64,000 nucleotides of DNA from Arenicellales bacterium (GCA_965200765.1 OZ241380.1:2784329-2848328), one strand, 5' to 3'. Positions 39,794-49,621 are shown, numbered from the stretch's first letter. A program made the numbers and translations. The notes: generated by a model from the letters alone, not told the origin.

Positions 39794-40823
39794 CGACAGA
39801 GTGAAAAGAGTAGCTTTGTAATCTCGGCAACGAGGAACTCGATTGGGTAGGGCTTATAGCGGAGTCAGCATTTCAATTTACGGTGCTGAAACGCCATCGA
39901 AACTTATACTATCAGGAGCTAGAGCATTTACTGAGTGGCTTACTTTCGTTTGTTGAAGTCACCCGGATTGATATTCGCTTGCATCTGATTTTGCCGAAAC
40001 AAGCGTGCTTGATTGGCTCATTTCTGGCTTGCTCGACGAGTTGCTTGGTGCCTCAGGAGCTATGACAAGAACCGGTCCGATGTTCCATTGTAGTCAGTTC
40101 AGTAGGAAAATTTAATAGAATTCACTAAGCTGACAGCACGGAAATCCTCAAACAATGCCGGGCAAACCTTATTCATACTGTAGTCAACCCTTGTAAATCG
40201 GCAATTTCGCCTTCAAAACGAAAGTGAAGCCTCAATTCTCTCACACCAATGCAAGAGAAAATTTGCACCCTACGCTCTCCGATTTGTTGTACAATTGATT
40301 GCATGCTGGTACATCGGCACGACGATTCAAGTTGGCAAAAGGCCATAATTGGGAATGGCAAAGAGTAAGTCCGTATTTGCCTCGTCGACAATCAGTAATT
40401 TTTTACAAATTTGTGGAGCGGAGGTTCTAAATGTCCAGAACACATGTATTTCACAACAAATTTCCAACGGAAAGTACTCAATGCTACATCTTGATTGACA
40501 AAATCGTACTGAGCGAATATTGTGTATCATGAAAGTTTTCCTGAGTATCATTTTATTTGTAATGCTAACTCCAGTAGTATAGTCTCAAAATTTTATGGTG
40601 AAGAATATAGGAGGCTACCGCTGACAACTGAAATTTATTAAGCAATATCCGAAAGTCAATCAAAAGTGGCTTAGTGGTTTCTTTACCTAGTACCAGCCTA
40701 CAAATGATGGTAACAGAGTGACTCGAACACGTGATCAGTCAAAGACGATATACTTTTGAAATTATCGTAAAATAATTCGGAATCTTTTCAAAATTAAATT
40801 TCAGAGAATTCAATTTTACAAAC

Positions 40824-41609
40824 ATGAATACCATTAAGCTTTATAAATTTGTCAATTCGAGTTACGGACTTTCGAATTTACGCGAACGAAAAATTAAAAT
40901 TTCTCGCTTGGAAGATTTGAATGATCCTTTCGAACTGAGAGCTATCCGTTCGCTGTCGTGTGAAATCAAACAACTTTTAGAAAACGAAAGGAAGGAATTT
41001 TCGAAAAAGTACGGGGTACTTTGTTTTTGCAAAGATTGGCGAAGTCCAGTTCTTTGGGCACACTATGCAGAAAACCACCAAGGTCTATGCTTTGGTTTTG
41101 AAATTTGCAAAGAATTTGTAGGCAACGTGGGCTATGTAGAACAACCAATTAACGCTGATGACTATTTTGAAGAGTTGATTGCGAATAGTGATGAACAAAA
41201 AAAGAAAATATTAGACTATATTGATAAATCTAAATCCTATGAAGAGTTTAAACTTAGATATAGAGAGGTAATTGAACAGGTGACAGAAGAAAATCTGAAA
41301 TCGGTAGAATCAGATGAGAAAGGCCGTCGTTTGCTGGAAAAAATCTTGTTAACAAAATTTTCGCATTGGAGTTACGAAAGAGAATACAGACTCTTCCCGG
41401 AATTAAACCAAGATTTCTGTGTATTCACTAGTGATACAAATGACGATCAATATAACATAAAACTAACAGAAGTTATAATTGGTCTAAATTCATGTTTAAG
41501 TTTGAATGCAGTTCAAAACGCACTTGGAGATTCATTTGAATATGTGAAAATATTTAAATCCGACCTGCATGACGAAAAGTTTGAAATGAAAAGAACTCAA
41601 TTGAATTGA
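40824..41609 (+). CDS. DUF2971 family protein
   Basis: 261 aa with LYKFVNSSYGLSNLRERKIKISRLEDLNDPFE...LCFCKDWRSPVLWAHYAENHQGLCFGFE, the hallmark DUF2971 pattern. It is very AT-rich. Confidence 0.7.
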   Translation: MNTIKLYKFVNSSYGLSNLRERKIKISRLEDLNDPFELRAIRSLSCEIKQLLENERKEFSKKYGVLCFCKDWRSPVLWAHYAENHQGLCFGFEICKEFVGNVGYVEQPINADDYFEELIANSDEQKKKILDYIDKSKSYEEFKLRYREVIEQVTEENLKSVESDEKGRRLLEKILLTKFSHWSYEREYRLFPELNQDFCVFTSDTNDDQYNIKLTEVIIGLNSCLSLNAVQNALGDSFEYVKIFKSDLHDEKFEMKRTQLN

Positions 41610-41854
41610 GTTTTACCGGCCGTAAAAATTTTATTTCTGCTTCTTACCCTGGTCCGGTTTTCTGGAAAACGGCATAGTGTTGAATTTTAAACAAGACAAC
41701 CTAAGGGAATAAAGCCAAGGAAAAAGATCAACGAATCAATGATAGGACCAGAAACATTGTTTGCGAAAGATGGTATGTCCGCAGGAAGCGATGGCCTCTC
41801 CACCTCGCGATGCTTGCGCACCGAACCCGACACTACATCCTTAGCAGAACTTGT

Positions 41855-42105
41855 TTATCGGCGCGGGAGTTCCTTTTCAATCCCCGGAATCCCTTGCTCC
41901 GCAAAGCGCCGGCACCATCGACCCACAGTGTTCTTGTCGATCCCCACAAGCCAGGAGATTTCAATATTGCTCAAACCCGCTACCGCATATGCAAGATGAT
42001 CTTGGCACGCTCCGTCAGCCAACGCACATGCTTGCGACCCGTGGCCCAAGTCATCAGCTTCTTCTCCTGCTCCGCCGTCAAATGAATCTCCACCGCCTTC
42101 CTCAT
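41855..42105 (-). pseudogene. IS630-family transposase N-terminal (HTH) remnant, frameshifted and truncated
   Basis: The minus strand reads MRKAVEIHLTAEQEKKLMTWATGRKHVRWLTERAKIILH, then a 2-nt insertion, then AVAGLSNIEISWLVGIDKNTVGRWCRRFAEQGIPGIEKELPRR*. This is the IS630 HTH_23/29-like N-terminus. The DDE core is absent. Confidence 0.7.
41942..42010. repeat. Left arm of an inverted repeat shared by the two IS630 remnants
   Basis: The reverse complement aligns to 44112-44178 with 4 mismatches and one 2-nt indel over about 67 nt (hand alignment). Confidence 0.8.
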
Positions 42106-42273
42106 CGTTACCTCCCGGCCAATTCGACCGTGCTGAATTCAACCATGAAGGCAGTATACATATAATCAATCATCTTTATCATTTATCGTGGACTCACCAG
42201 TAGTTATGCACTTTGTACTTACTAGTTCACTCTTACTCCATCACGCGTTTGGCCAGCTCCGATTCCACTATCT

Positions 42274-43827
42274 TTAACGCAGTGCCCTAGTTAACCAAAC
42301 AGCAGCGGCAGGTTCAGCGATTTCTACTGATTCTGACAACCAAGTGTTAAATCTAAATTCAATGCTATCTATGGATTCGGCATAATTGAACTGAAATAAA
42401 TCTCTAGTAGCAGACTGCACATTCAAAGGTACAACATTGCCACTGTTGTTTGATGTACCCGCGACTGTTAGTGCTGATACTACCATAATACCACTTTCTT
42501 GATCTCCGAACCAATGCAAACTCAGAATATATGCGAAATATTCTTTATTTGTTATAGAGAGTTTCATCCAATCTTCAAAATCGAGAAATTCAACAGAATA
42601 ATCAAAACTGTTTGCTACTTCAACAATTTGATTATAGAGGGAATATTTGTCGCCAGTATCAGAGTTGGATGAGGATATACTCACCTTGCAAATTGATGGA
42701 TCAGTCGGTTGTAGCACCGAAAGTCTGCCTTCAAGGTACATTTCGAAATCTTTAATTTCTTTATTGATGATTGTGACAATTTTGCTAGAGTAATTTTGAA
42801 CCATCTTTGTTTTTTCAGAAATTGATTCGTTGTCGTTATTTACATAGGCAGCTACGGACGGCCAAACATTTTCGGAAAAATATTTTTGACGGACTTTCTG
42901 TTCCAAACTGAGAGCATTCAAAATTGAACTCCTTTGTCGCTCGACGAACAAATCTACCAAATCAGTCAAATCACCAGAATCTGCTTTTTCCAAAGCATCA
43001 ATATATTGATCTCTTTCCAAATTTCTAATTACAAGTGGAAAAATATTATTTTGCAGAAATACAAGACTTGCTAGTGCTCTAGCTACACGCCCATTGCCAT
43101 CTTGAAATGGATGAATTTGAACAAAGCGGTGATGTAGCCATGCGGCCAATACTTCAGGCGCACACCGATGTTCAATTTCTCTATACCACTCCAATAGATT
43201 CTCCATTTCATTTTTGGTCTGTTCTGGTGGGCAGTAATGGTGAAGGACTCCATCCGGTCTTCTAGGATTGTTGGGACGAACTTTGTACACACCTTTTTCA
43301 AGCGGTATATGCACTCGCTTTCCATCAATAGAAAATCCTGCCGCTGTATCTTGATGAGTAGTAAATTTCGCATGTAAATTACGAATAAAGTGTTCAGTGA
43401 GCGGTTGTTCTCTTTTTACGTAAGAGAACAAACCTTCTACGATGCCAAGTTGGTCATCAATCAAGCTTTTAATCTGTTCTGCTGTATCTCTTTGAACTCG
43501 ACCCTGATGAGCGATAATTGCAGAATCTATACCCTGTTCAATCAGTACCTCGGTTACCCCTCGATCCCAATGGTACAAGCGTTCAATAAGCCCAGTTTCA
43601 ATCGCCCACTCCTTGTTCAGATTCGCGATAAAATTCTGGTACAAATTAGTTTCGATCAGACTGTTTTTTTTGTCATTCCAGACTGTAGTCAATGCTCTTA
43701 ACTCGACTGAAGCAAGTTCTTCTGCATTGCTAGGCAAGTGTTCAATAAATTGATAGGCCATTCGCTTTTCCTTGTAATTGTGCATTGTCAAGTTTTTATT
43801 GTACCCATAAACGATTTCAGTTTTCAA
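42274..43827 (-). CDS. Fic/DOC family protein with a canonical AMPylation motif and an uncharacterised ~190-aa C-terminal extension
   Basis: The core motif HPFQDGNGRVAR matches HxFx(D/E)GNGRxxR. The alternative start at 43761 (MAYQFIEHLP) is preceded by AAGGAAAAG. Confidence 0.85.
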   Translation of the reverse strand: MKTEIVYGYNKNLTMHNYKEKRMAYQFIEHLPSNAEELASVELRALTTVWNDKKNSLIETNLYQNFIANLNKEWAIETGLIERLYHWDRGVTEVLIEQGIDSAIIAHQGRVQRDTAEQIKSLIDDQLGIVEGLFSYVKREQPLTEHFIRNLHAKFTTHQDTAAGFSIDGKRVHIPLEKGVYKVRPNNPRRPDGVLHHYCPPEQTKNEMENLLEWYREIEHRCAPEVLAAWLHHRFVQIHPFQDGNGRVARALASLVFLQNNIFPLVIRNLERDQYIDALEKADSGDLTDLVDLFVERQRSSILNALSLEQKVRQKYFSENVWPSVAAYVNNDNESISEKTKMVQNYSSKIVTIINKEIKDFEMYLEGRLSVLQPTDPSICKVSISSSNSDTGDKYSLYNQIVEVANSFDYSVEFLDFEDWMKLSITNKEYFAYILSLHWFGDQESGIMVVSALTVAGTSNNSGNVVPLNVQSATRDLFQFNYAESIDSIEFRFNTWLSESVEIAEPAAAVWLTRALR

Positions 43828-44099
43828 CCGGCTAAATTCGCGAAAGACTTAGAAATTGGATGAAATGGTCCGGTGCGGGCGACAACTACGAAATTTCTGG
43901 TCGGTATCAAGGTGTGTACCTCACATCACAAGCGATGCTTCTGACTACCCCGATCTTTCAGAAAGGGCCTTCGCGGCTTCAAGACCCACAGAACCGCGCG
44001 AAACCTTCGATATTCACTCGCGACCTGCTGGTGTATGCGCGGCTTTGGGGTACCGTCTTGCTTTACGTGCTCTAGCATTTCTCAAAAGTTCCAGCCCGC

Positions 44100-44421
44100 A
44101 CCGAAGACGATGCATGCCAAGATCATCTTGCATGCGGCAACGGGTTTGAGCAATATTGAAATCTCCCGGCTTGTGGGGGGTGAGCGAAACCTATCGCTGT
44201 CATCGGCACGAGGAGTTCCTTCGGTTTCTTCGCGAAATTGACCCAGCCAGCACATCAAGCGTAGCGCCTACACCTCGGTGGCTCATCTGGAAGCCTGCCT
44301 CAAAGAATATGTGGAAAGCCACGACAAGGCCTCGCAACCGTTCGTGTGGACCAAGCCTGCGGACGAAAACCCGGCGAAGATCGAGCGTGCCAAGAAGGCG
44401 CTTCCAGCACACCAGATATAA
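44100..44421 (+). pseudogene. IS630-family transposase remnant with internal deletions (HTH fragment + mid fragment + C-terminus; DDE core missing)
   Basis: Three frames together read AKIILHAATGLSNIEISRLVG, TYRCHRHEEFLRFLREID and HIKRSAYTSVAHLEACLKEYVESHDKASQPFVWTKPADENPAKIERAKKAL*. These are all IS630-type segments, but they are discontinuous. Confidence 0.7.
44112..44178. repeat. Right arm of the inverted repeat shared by the two IS630 remnants
   Basis: See 41942-42010. The arms are about 94% identical by hand alignment and lie in opposite orientation. Confidence 0.8.
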
Positions 44422-44639
44422 TCTATATTTTATTATGAGCACACCACTATTTTAAGTGTATAGAGGTGATGACCTCATTCCAAACCGGGTGCTTCAATCC
44501 ACTGGACAAATCTCTTCCCTGTTTTCGTGGTGCAAGAGTATACTTTCAACCTTTTACGAATGAAGCGTCTTTGTAAGAATGTGTAACAAGATACCGAAAC
44601 CTCAGTGGCAACACCGGTGACAACACGAACGTTTTTGAA

Positions 44640-46154
44640 ATGAGTCAGGCAATCGTCGCAACAGGTCATCCTGCAACCTCACAATCTGCCGCCTCCATTC
44701 TGCGAATGGGTGGAAATGCGGTGGATGCCGCCATTTCAGCCTTGCTTACATCCTGCATGACTGAACCGGCACTGTCTTCGCTCGGTGGCGGCGGATTCGC
44801 AATGGTTCACATGCATGATTCCAATCCGGTTCTCGTTGATTTTTTTGCCCATGCACCGAAAAAATTGAAATCTGCCCACGAAGTCAGTATTCGATCGTTT
44901 ATCTGCGATTTTGGCAGTGCCCAGCAAGAATTTCATATCGGCGCAGGCACCAGTACAGTTCCTGGTACGGTAAAAGGCATTTTCGAGTTGAGCAGAAATT
45001 TCGGGCGAATGTCAATGAAAGACCTGATACAACCCGCAATTGACACACTGAAGGAAGGTATTACCGTAAATGAGTTGCAAGCCAAATTCCTGGACATGTT
45101 GTCACCTATTTATCTTGACCCTTCCGCGCGACCTATTTTTGAAAGCAGGCAAAATCCCGGGGAAACACTGACCACCGGTGAAAAAATGTACTGTTCCGAG
45201 TACTGCGACCTGCTTGAAACACTTGCAATTGAAGGTCCTGACTTGTTCTATCGGGGTGAAGTTGCGACGCTAATTCACAAAATCGCAGAATTCGACGGCG
45301 GTACTGTAACTGCTCGGGACCTGAAAAATTATCAAGCTCATTTTCGAAAACCGTTATCAGTCTCATACAGGAACCATGCTGTATTCCTGAATCCTCCCCC
45401 ATCCACTGGTGGACTACTGATTGCAATGGCACTGTTGCTCTTGCACCCGACCAAACCAGACACCTTCGACTCTCCCAAACATGTGAATGCATTGCTGAAT
45501 GCAATGAAAACTATCAACGAACTGAATGAAGCTGCACCTTCCGAGATCATTGACAAGAAATTGCAACGCCATTATTTCAAGATTCGCCGAGAAATGTTAG
45601 CCGCTTCGCGCGGCACCACACACATTTCAGTTATCGATCAAAAGCGTAATGCAGTGGCCTTGACGATTACAAACGGAGAAGGTTGCGGCACCATAGTACC
45701 GGGCACGGGGATTATGCTGAACAACATGCTTGGAGAAGCCGACTTGAATCCCCGTGGGTTGGTCGACTGGGTTCCAGACGTTCGACTCAGCTCCTCAATG
45801 GCACCCACCATTGCAATACGAAACAATGGCGACCAGGTCGTTACCGGTTCCGGGGGTTCGAACAGAATCTATTCAGCACTACTGCAGGTGCTGGTCAATT
45901 TGATTGACTACCAGATGTCCGTGGAGCAAGCTGTTGTTGCCCCGCGTGTACATTATCATGAAGGTGCCGCTTATCTGGAAGATTTGTTCGGCGAAAATAC
46001 CGTGGAAACAGTTTTAACACAATTTGAAGACATCACACGTTTTCCAGAATGCAATGTTTTTTTCGGTGGTGCTCATACAGTTCGTTCTACCCGAAGTGGT
46101 CTCGAAGGATGCGCAGATGAACGAAGATCGGGACATTGCATTCGAATTCCGTGA
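44640..46154 (+). CDS. ggt: Gamma-glutamyltransferase family protein
   Basis: 504 aa with ATGHPATSQSAASILRMGGNAVDAA, the autoprocessing/catalytic Thr context SRGTTHISVID, and GSGGSNRI. Confidence 0.88.
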   Translation: MSQAIVATGHPATSQSAASILRMGGNAVDAAISALLTSCMTEPALSSLGGGGFAMVHMHDSNPVLVDFFAHAPKKLKSAHEVSIRSFICDFGSAQQEFHIGAGTSTVPGTVKGIFELSRNFGRMSMKDLIQPAIDTLKEGITVNELQAKFLDMLSPIYLDPSARPIFESRQNPGETLTTGEKMYCSEYCDLLETLAIEGPDLFYRGEVATLIHKIAEFDGGTVTARDLKNYQAHFRKPLSVSYRNHAVFLNPPPSTGGLLIAMALLLLHPTKPDTFDSPKHVNALLNAMKTINELNEAAPSEIIDKKLQRHYFKIRREMLAASRGTTHISVIDQKRNAVALTITNGEGCGTIVPGTGIMLNNMLGEADLNPRGLVDWVPDVRLSSSMAPTIAIRNNGDQVVTGSGGSNRIYSALLQVLVNLIDYQMSVEQAVVAPRVHYHEGAAYLEDLFGENTVETVLTQFEDITRFPECNVFFGGAHTVRSTRSGLEGCADERRSGHCIRIP

Positions 46155-47317
46155 CCGGATATTTCACCAGAATTATTCCTGACCCCGGTCAACGCCGGGT
46201 GATTTTGTCCGTAGTTGCTGTGATCGCAGTCTACGGATTGACAATCGGCATGTTTCATCCCTTGATCAGTCTGAACATGGAAGCACGCGGCTACAGTTCG
46301 ACACTCATTGGCATCACCGGGATGATGCCTTTTGTCGCCGCCATTTTTGCTTCTCCGCTGGCCCCGCTACTGATGCGTAGCATAAATATCAACAAGCTGA
46401 TTGCCATTTGCATATTTCTGGATTTTCTATTCGCATTGATTTTGGCATTTTTCGACGATGTTTATCTGTGGATGGGAATTCGGTTTCTGATGGGAGTGGT
46501 GGGAACATTCATGTTCGTTGCCAGTGAAAGCTGGCTTGCTGAAATTGCCGAAGATCATTCGCGTGGTCAAATCATGGGTATCTATACATTTACCCTGAGT
46601 GCTACTTTTGCTCTCGCACCGATTGTTGTGATTATCTTCGGTGTCCATGGTCCCACGCCGTTTATTGTGGCGGCAATCATTATTGTTTCGGCGCTCTTGC
46701 CGCTTTGGGGTACGCGCGACGCAAGTCCGGATTTTTCTGGCGGCAAGGTGTCCCAGGTATTCAAGTTCATGGTATTGGCTCCAACATTGACGGCCGCCGT
46801 CGCTCTGGTTTCATTTGAAGAAGCAGCGATTTTGACGCTGATGCCAGTCTACGCGATCTACAGTGGGCTCAGTGAGGCACACTCCGCGTTCATTCTGACT
46901 ATTGTCGCAGTCGGCTCCATGGTGTTTCAACCACTCGTGGGCTGGCTCGCAGACCAAATGAACCGGCACAAGTTGATCCTTTTGTGTACGGGGATTTCCA
47001 TATTGGGAGGACTCTTGGTTTCTGTTACGATTACTGTGCAAATTCTGGCTTGGCCGATCCTTTTTGTTTGGGGCGGCGCAGTCGCAGGCATTTATACGGT
47101 AGCGCTGACATTGCTCAGTCAGCATTTTCGCGGCGCACAGCTCGCCGCCGGCAATGCCGCTTTCGGCATCATGTGGGGCGTTGCCGGGACTTCCGGACCT
47201 TTGGCCGCAGGAATTGCAATCGACTGGTGGAACCCGCATGGATTTATCGTCGTGGTCACCATTGCCGGTTTGGCTTTTCTGATTCTTGCCGGAATCAGAG
47301 GGGCTTCAAAAAGGTAA
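46136..47317 (+). CDS. MFS transporter
   Basis: 393 aa with about 12 hydrophobic segments. It overlaps the ggt 3' end by 19 nt, so the exact start is uncertain. Confidence 0.75.
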   Translation: MHSNSVTGYFTRIIPDPGQRRVILSVVAVIAVYGLTIGMFHPLISLNMEARGYSSTLIGITGMMPFVAAIFASPLAPLLMRSININKLIAICIFLDFLFALILAFFDDVYLWMGIRFLMGVVGTFMFVASESWLAEIAEDHSRGQIMGIYTFTLSATFALAPIVVIIFGVHGPTPFIVAAIIIVSALLPLWGTRDASPDFSGGKVSQVFKFMVLAPTLTAAVALVSFEEAAILTLMPVYAIYSGLSEAHSAFILTIVAVGSMVFQPLVGWLADQMNRHKLILLCTGISILGGLLVSVTITVQILAWPILFVWGGAVAGIYTVALTLLSQHFRGAQLAAGNAAFGIMWGVAGTSGPLAAGIAIDWWNPHGFIVVVTIAGLAFLILAGIRGASKR

Positions 47318-47435
47318 TGTTGTGTTTTGCAATCAAAATCCAGTTCATCGGAAAAATAGCAAGAATCGGCTTGTGATTCCAGGTTTGAAAATAGAAAATG
47401 AACTTGAAACTTTCATTGAAACTTGGTAACTGGAC

Positions 47436-48281
47436 ATGTGTAGCAACGACTATCAACGAATCGAAAAATCCATACACTTCATAGAAGAAAACTTTGCGCG
47501 GCAACCTTCGCTGAATGAGATTGCCGACTACACTGGTTTGAGTGAATACCATTTCCAAAGACTTTTCAAGCGATGGGCCGGTATTTCTCCCAAGCGTTTT
47601 GTGCAGTATTTGACTGCACAGTACTCCGGCACACTGCTTCGAACAAACATGACTTTGCTCGATACTTCAATGGAAGCTGGACTTTCAAGTACCGGTCGCT
47701 TGCATGATCTGTTTGTCAATGTCTATGCCATGACTCCCGACGAGTATCGGCATGAGGCGAAGAACCTGATAATCCGTTATGGATGGTTTTCGTCTCCGTT
47801 TGGTAACTGTCTCGCCGGAAAAACAGATCGCGGTATTTGCTGGCTTAGTTTTCATGACAAGCCCAACCGCGATGGTATTGAACAATTGCAAAGCGAATGG
47901 AAAGGTGCATCTTTGGTGGAATCCGATGATGCGATCAAAAACGAAATGAATCGGGTATTTGGAAAAGAACACGATGTGTCCACTGAGTTCATGGTGCATT
48001 TGAAGGGTACGAATCTTCAAATCAGGGTCTGGGAAGCTCTGTTGAAAATTCCGCAGGGCAAACTGGTCTCATATTCGCACCTGGCGAAAGTTGTTGAACG
48101 GCCCGATGCTGTTCGCGCAGTTGCTTCCGCAGTTGGCCGAAATCCCGTTTCTTATCTTGTCCCTTGCCACAGAGTCATACGACAATCCGGTGGACTGGGC
48201 GGATATCGCTGGGGATTGACCCGAAAAACAGCTATTTTAGCAAGGGAATCACTTCAAAATTGCTCGCATGAGACAGGATAG
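47436..48281 (+). CDS. AraC-type HTH regulator fused to methylated-DNA--protein-cysteine methyltransferase (Ada/AdaA-Ogt-like)
   Basis: The N-terminal AraC HTH reads LNEIADYTGLSEYHFQRLFKRWAGISPKRF. The C-terminal MGMT active site is PCHRVIRQSGGLGGYRWG. Confidence 0.85.
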   Translation: MCSNDYQRIEKSIHFIEENFARQPSLNEIADYTGLSEYHFQRLFKRWAGISPKRFVQYLTAQYSGTLLRTNMTLLDTSMEAGLSSTGRLHDLFVNVYAMTPDEYRHEAKNLIIRYGWFSSPFGNCLAGKTDRGICWLSFHDKPNRDGIEQLQSEWKGASLVESDDAIKNEMNRVFGKEHDVSTEFMVHLKGTNLQIRVWEALLKIPQGKLVSYSHLAKVVERPDAVRAVASAVGRNPVSYLVPCHRVIRQSGGLGGYRWGLTRKTAILARESLQNCSHETG

Positions 48282-48468
48282 CCGTACTTGATAGAATTGT
48301 AGAAACTCATATAATCACCATAACGCCAGGGGTGCCAGAGCAAAAACACGCAACAGCAAGCAAATCCGACCGCAAAGGAAAGGTTTGAGAAGATTTCTGC
48401 AGGAAAATGGACGAACCTCCTGCCATTGTTGCAGTGTAAATTCAAAAGGCATTCCCGATGAATAACAC

Positions 48469-49377
48469 ATGCCTTATTGTTATCAGGAGATTGAACTGAT
48501 GAAAACTTCAATGAAGGCTTTTGGCACTTCGAGTCGTACCGGTCATGATTCAAGTGAATTTTACAAGCGCAAGATTTACAATGACCATGACTCAGTTGTC
48601 AAGGGATTGGTCGATGACGAATTTGAACCGATAGACTGTAAAGCTACTGGACAAATTTATCAACATTCCAGTGAATCAATGCATGAGTTGCCTGACCAGT
48701 CCGTACATTTGATGGTTACGTCTCCACCGTACAATGTCGGTAAGGAATATGATAAAGACCTGTCAATCGATGAATACATGGATTTATTGAATCGTGTCTT
48801 TCGTGAAACCTATCGAGTACTTGTTCCTGGAGGAAGAGCTTGCATCAATATAGCCAATATTGGCCGCAAACCTTATTTACCTCTGAATGCCATGCTGATA
48901 CAGACAATGCTAGAAATCGGATATTTGATGCGCGGAGAAATAATTTGGAACAAGTCGGCAAGCGCAGGAGTTTCTTGCGCTTGGGGCAGCTGGCTTTCCC
49001 CGTCCAATCCAGTATTGAGAGATGTACATGAATACATAATTGTTTTTTCCAAAATCGGATACTCACGCAAATCAAAGGAAAGGAAAGGAACTATCGACAG
49101 AGATGATTTTCTTGAATGGACAAAGAGTATCTGGCAAATGCCCGCTGAATCTGCAAAGAGGGTGAATCATCCTGCTCCTTTCCCTCTTGAATTGCCGCGC
49201 AGACTGATTCATCTTTATACGTTTGAAAATGACATTGTTCTTGACCCGTTCATTGGTTCGGGAACAACAGCCATTGCTTGTATTGAATCAGGACGGCAAT
49301 ATGTTGGCTATGATATTTCTGAGGATTATGTCACTACAGCTAACAATAGAATAAGCAATCACCTGAGTAATTTATGA
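48469..49377 (+). CDS. Beta-class DNA methyltransferase (N4-cytosine or N6-adenine), solitary
   Basis: Motif IV TSPPYNVGKEY precedes motif I DPFIGSGTTAIAC, which is the beta-class order. An alternative start lies at 48499. Confidence 0.85.
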   Translation: MPYCYQEIELMKTSMKAFGTSSRTGHDSSEFYKRKIYNDHDSVVKGLVDDEFEPIDCKATGQIYQHSSESMHELPDQSVHLMVTSPPYNVGKEYDKDLSIDEYMDLLNRVFRETYRVLVPGGRACINIANIGRKPYLPLNAMLIQTMLEIGYLMRGEIIWNKSASAGVSCAWGSWLSPSNPVLRDVHEYIIVFSKIGYSRKSKERKGTIDRDDFLEWTKSIWQMPAESAKRVNHPAPFPLELPRRLIHLYTFENDIVLDPFIGSGTTAIACIESGRQYVGYDISEDYVTTANNRISNHLSNL

Positions 49378-49621
49378 TTCAATGCATCATTGAAATGTTT
49401 GCAGACATAAATTGTCAATATAAAAAGTAAAAAGAAATATTTCAGTTAAAGTTTTGCGGATTGTTGGTTCATTGAAAATTGGAATTGAAATAAGCTGGAA
49501 TTACAAACCAATATATGACAAATTCATGGTGAATATATTTTTGTAAAAAGATTGCGGCAGTATTTGCTATATACCTGTTTCAGTTCAACTACTGGTGGCA
49601 CAGGAATTTCATTTAACCAAT

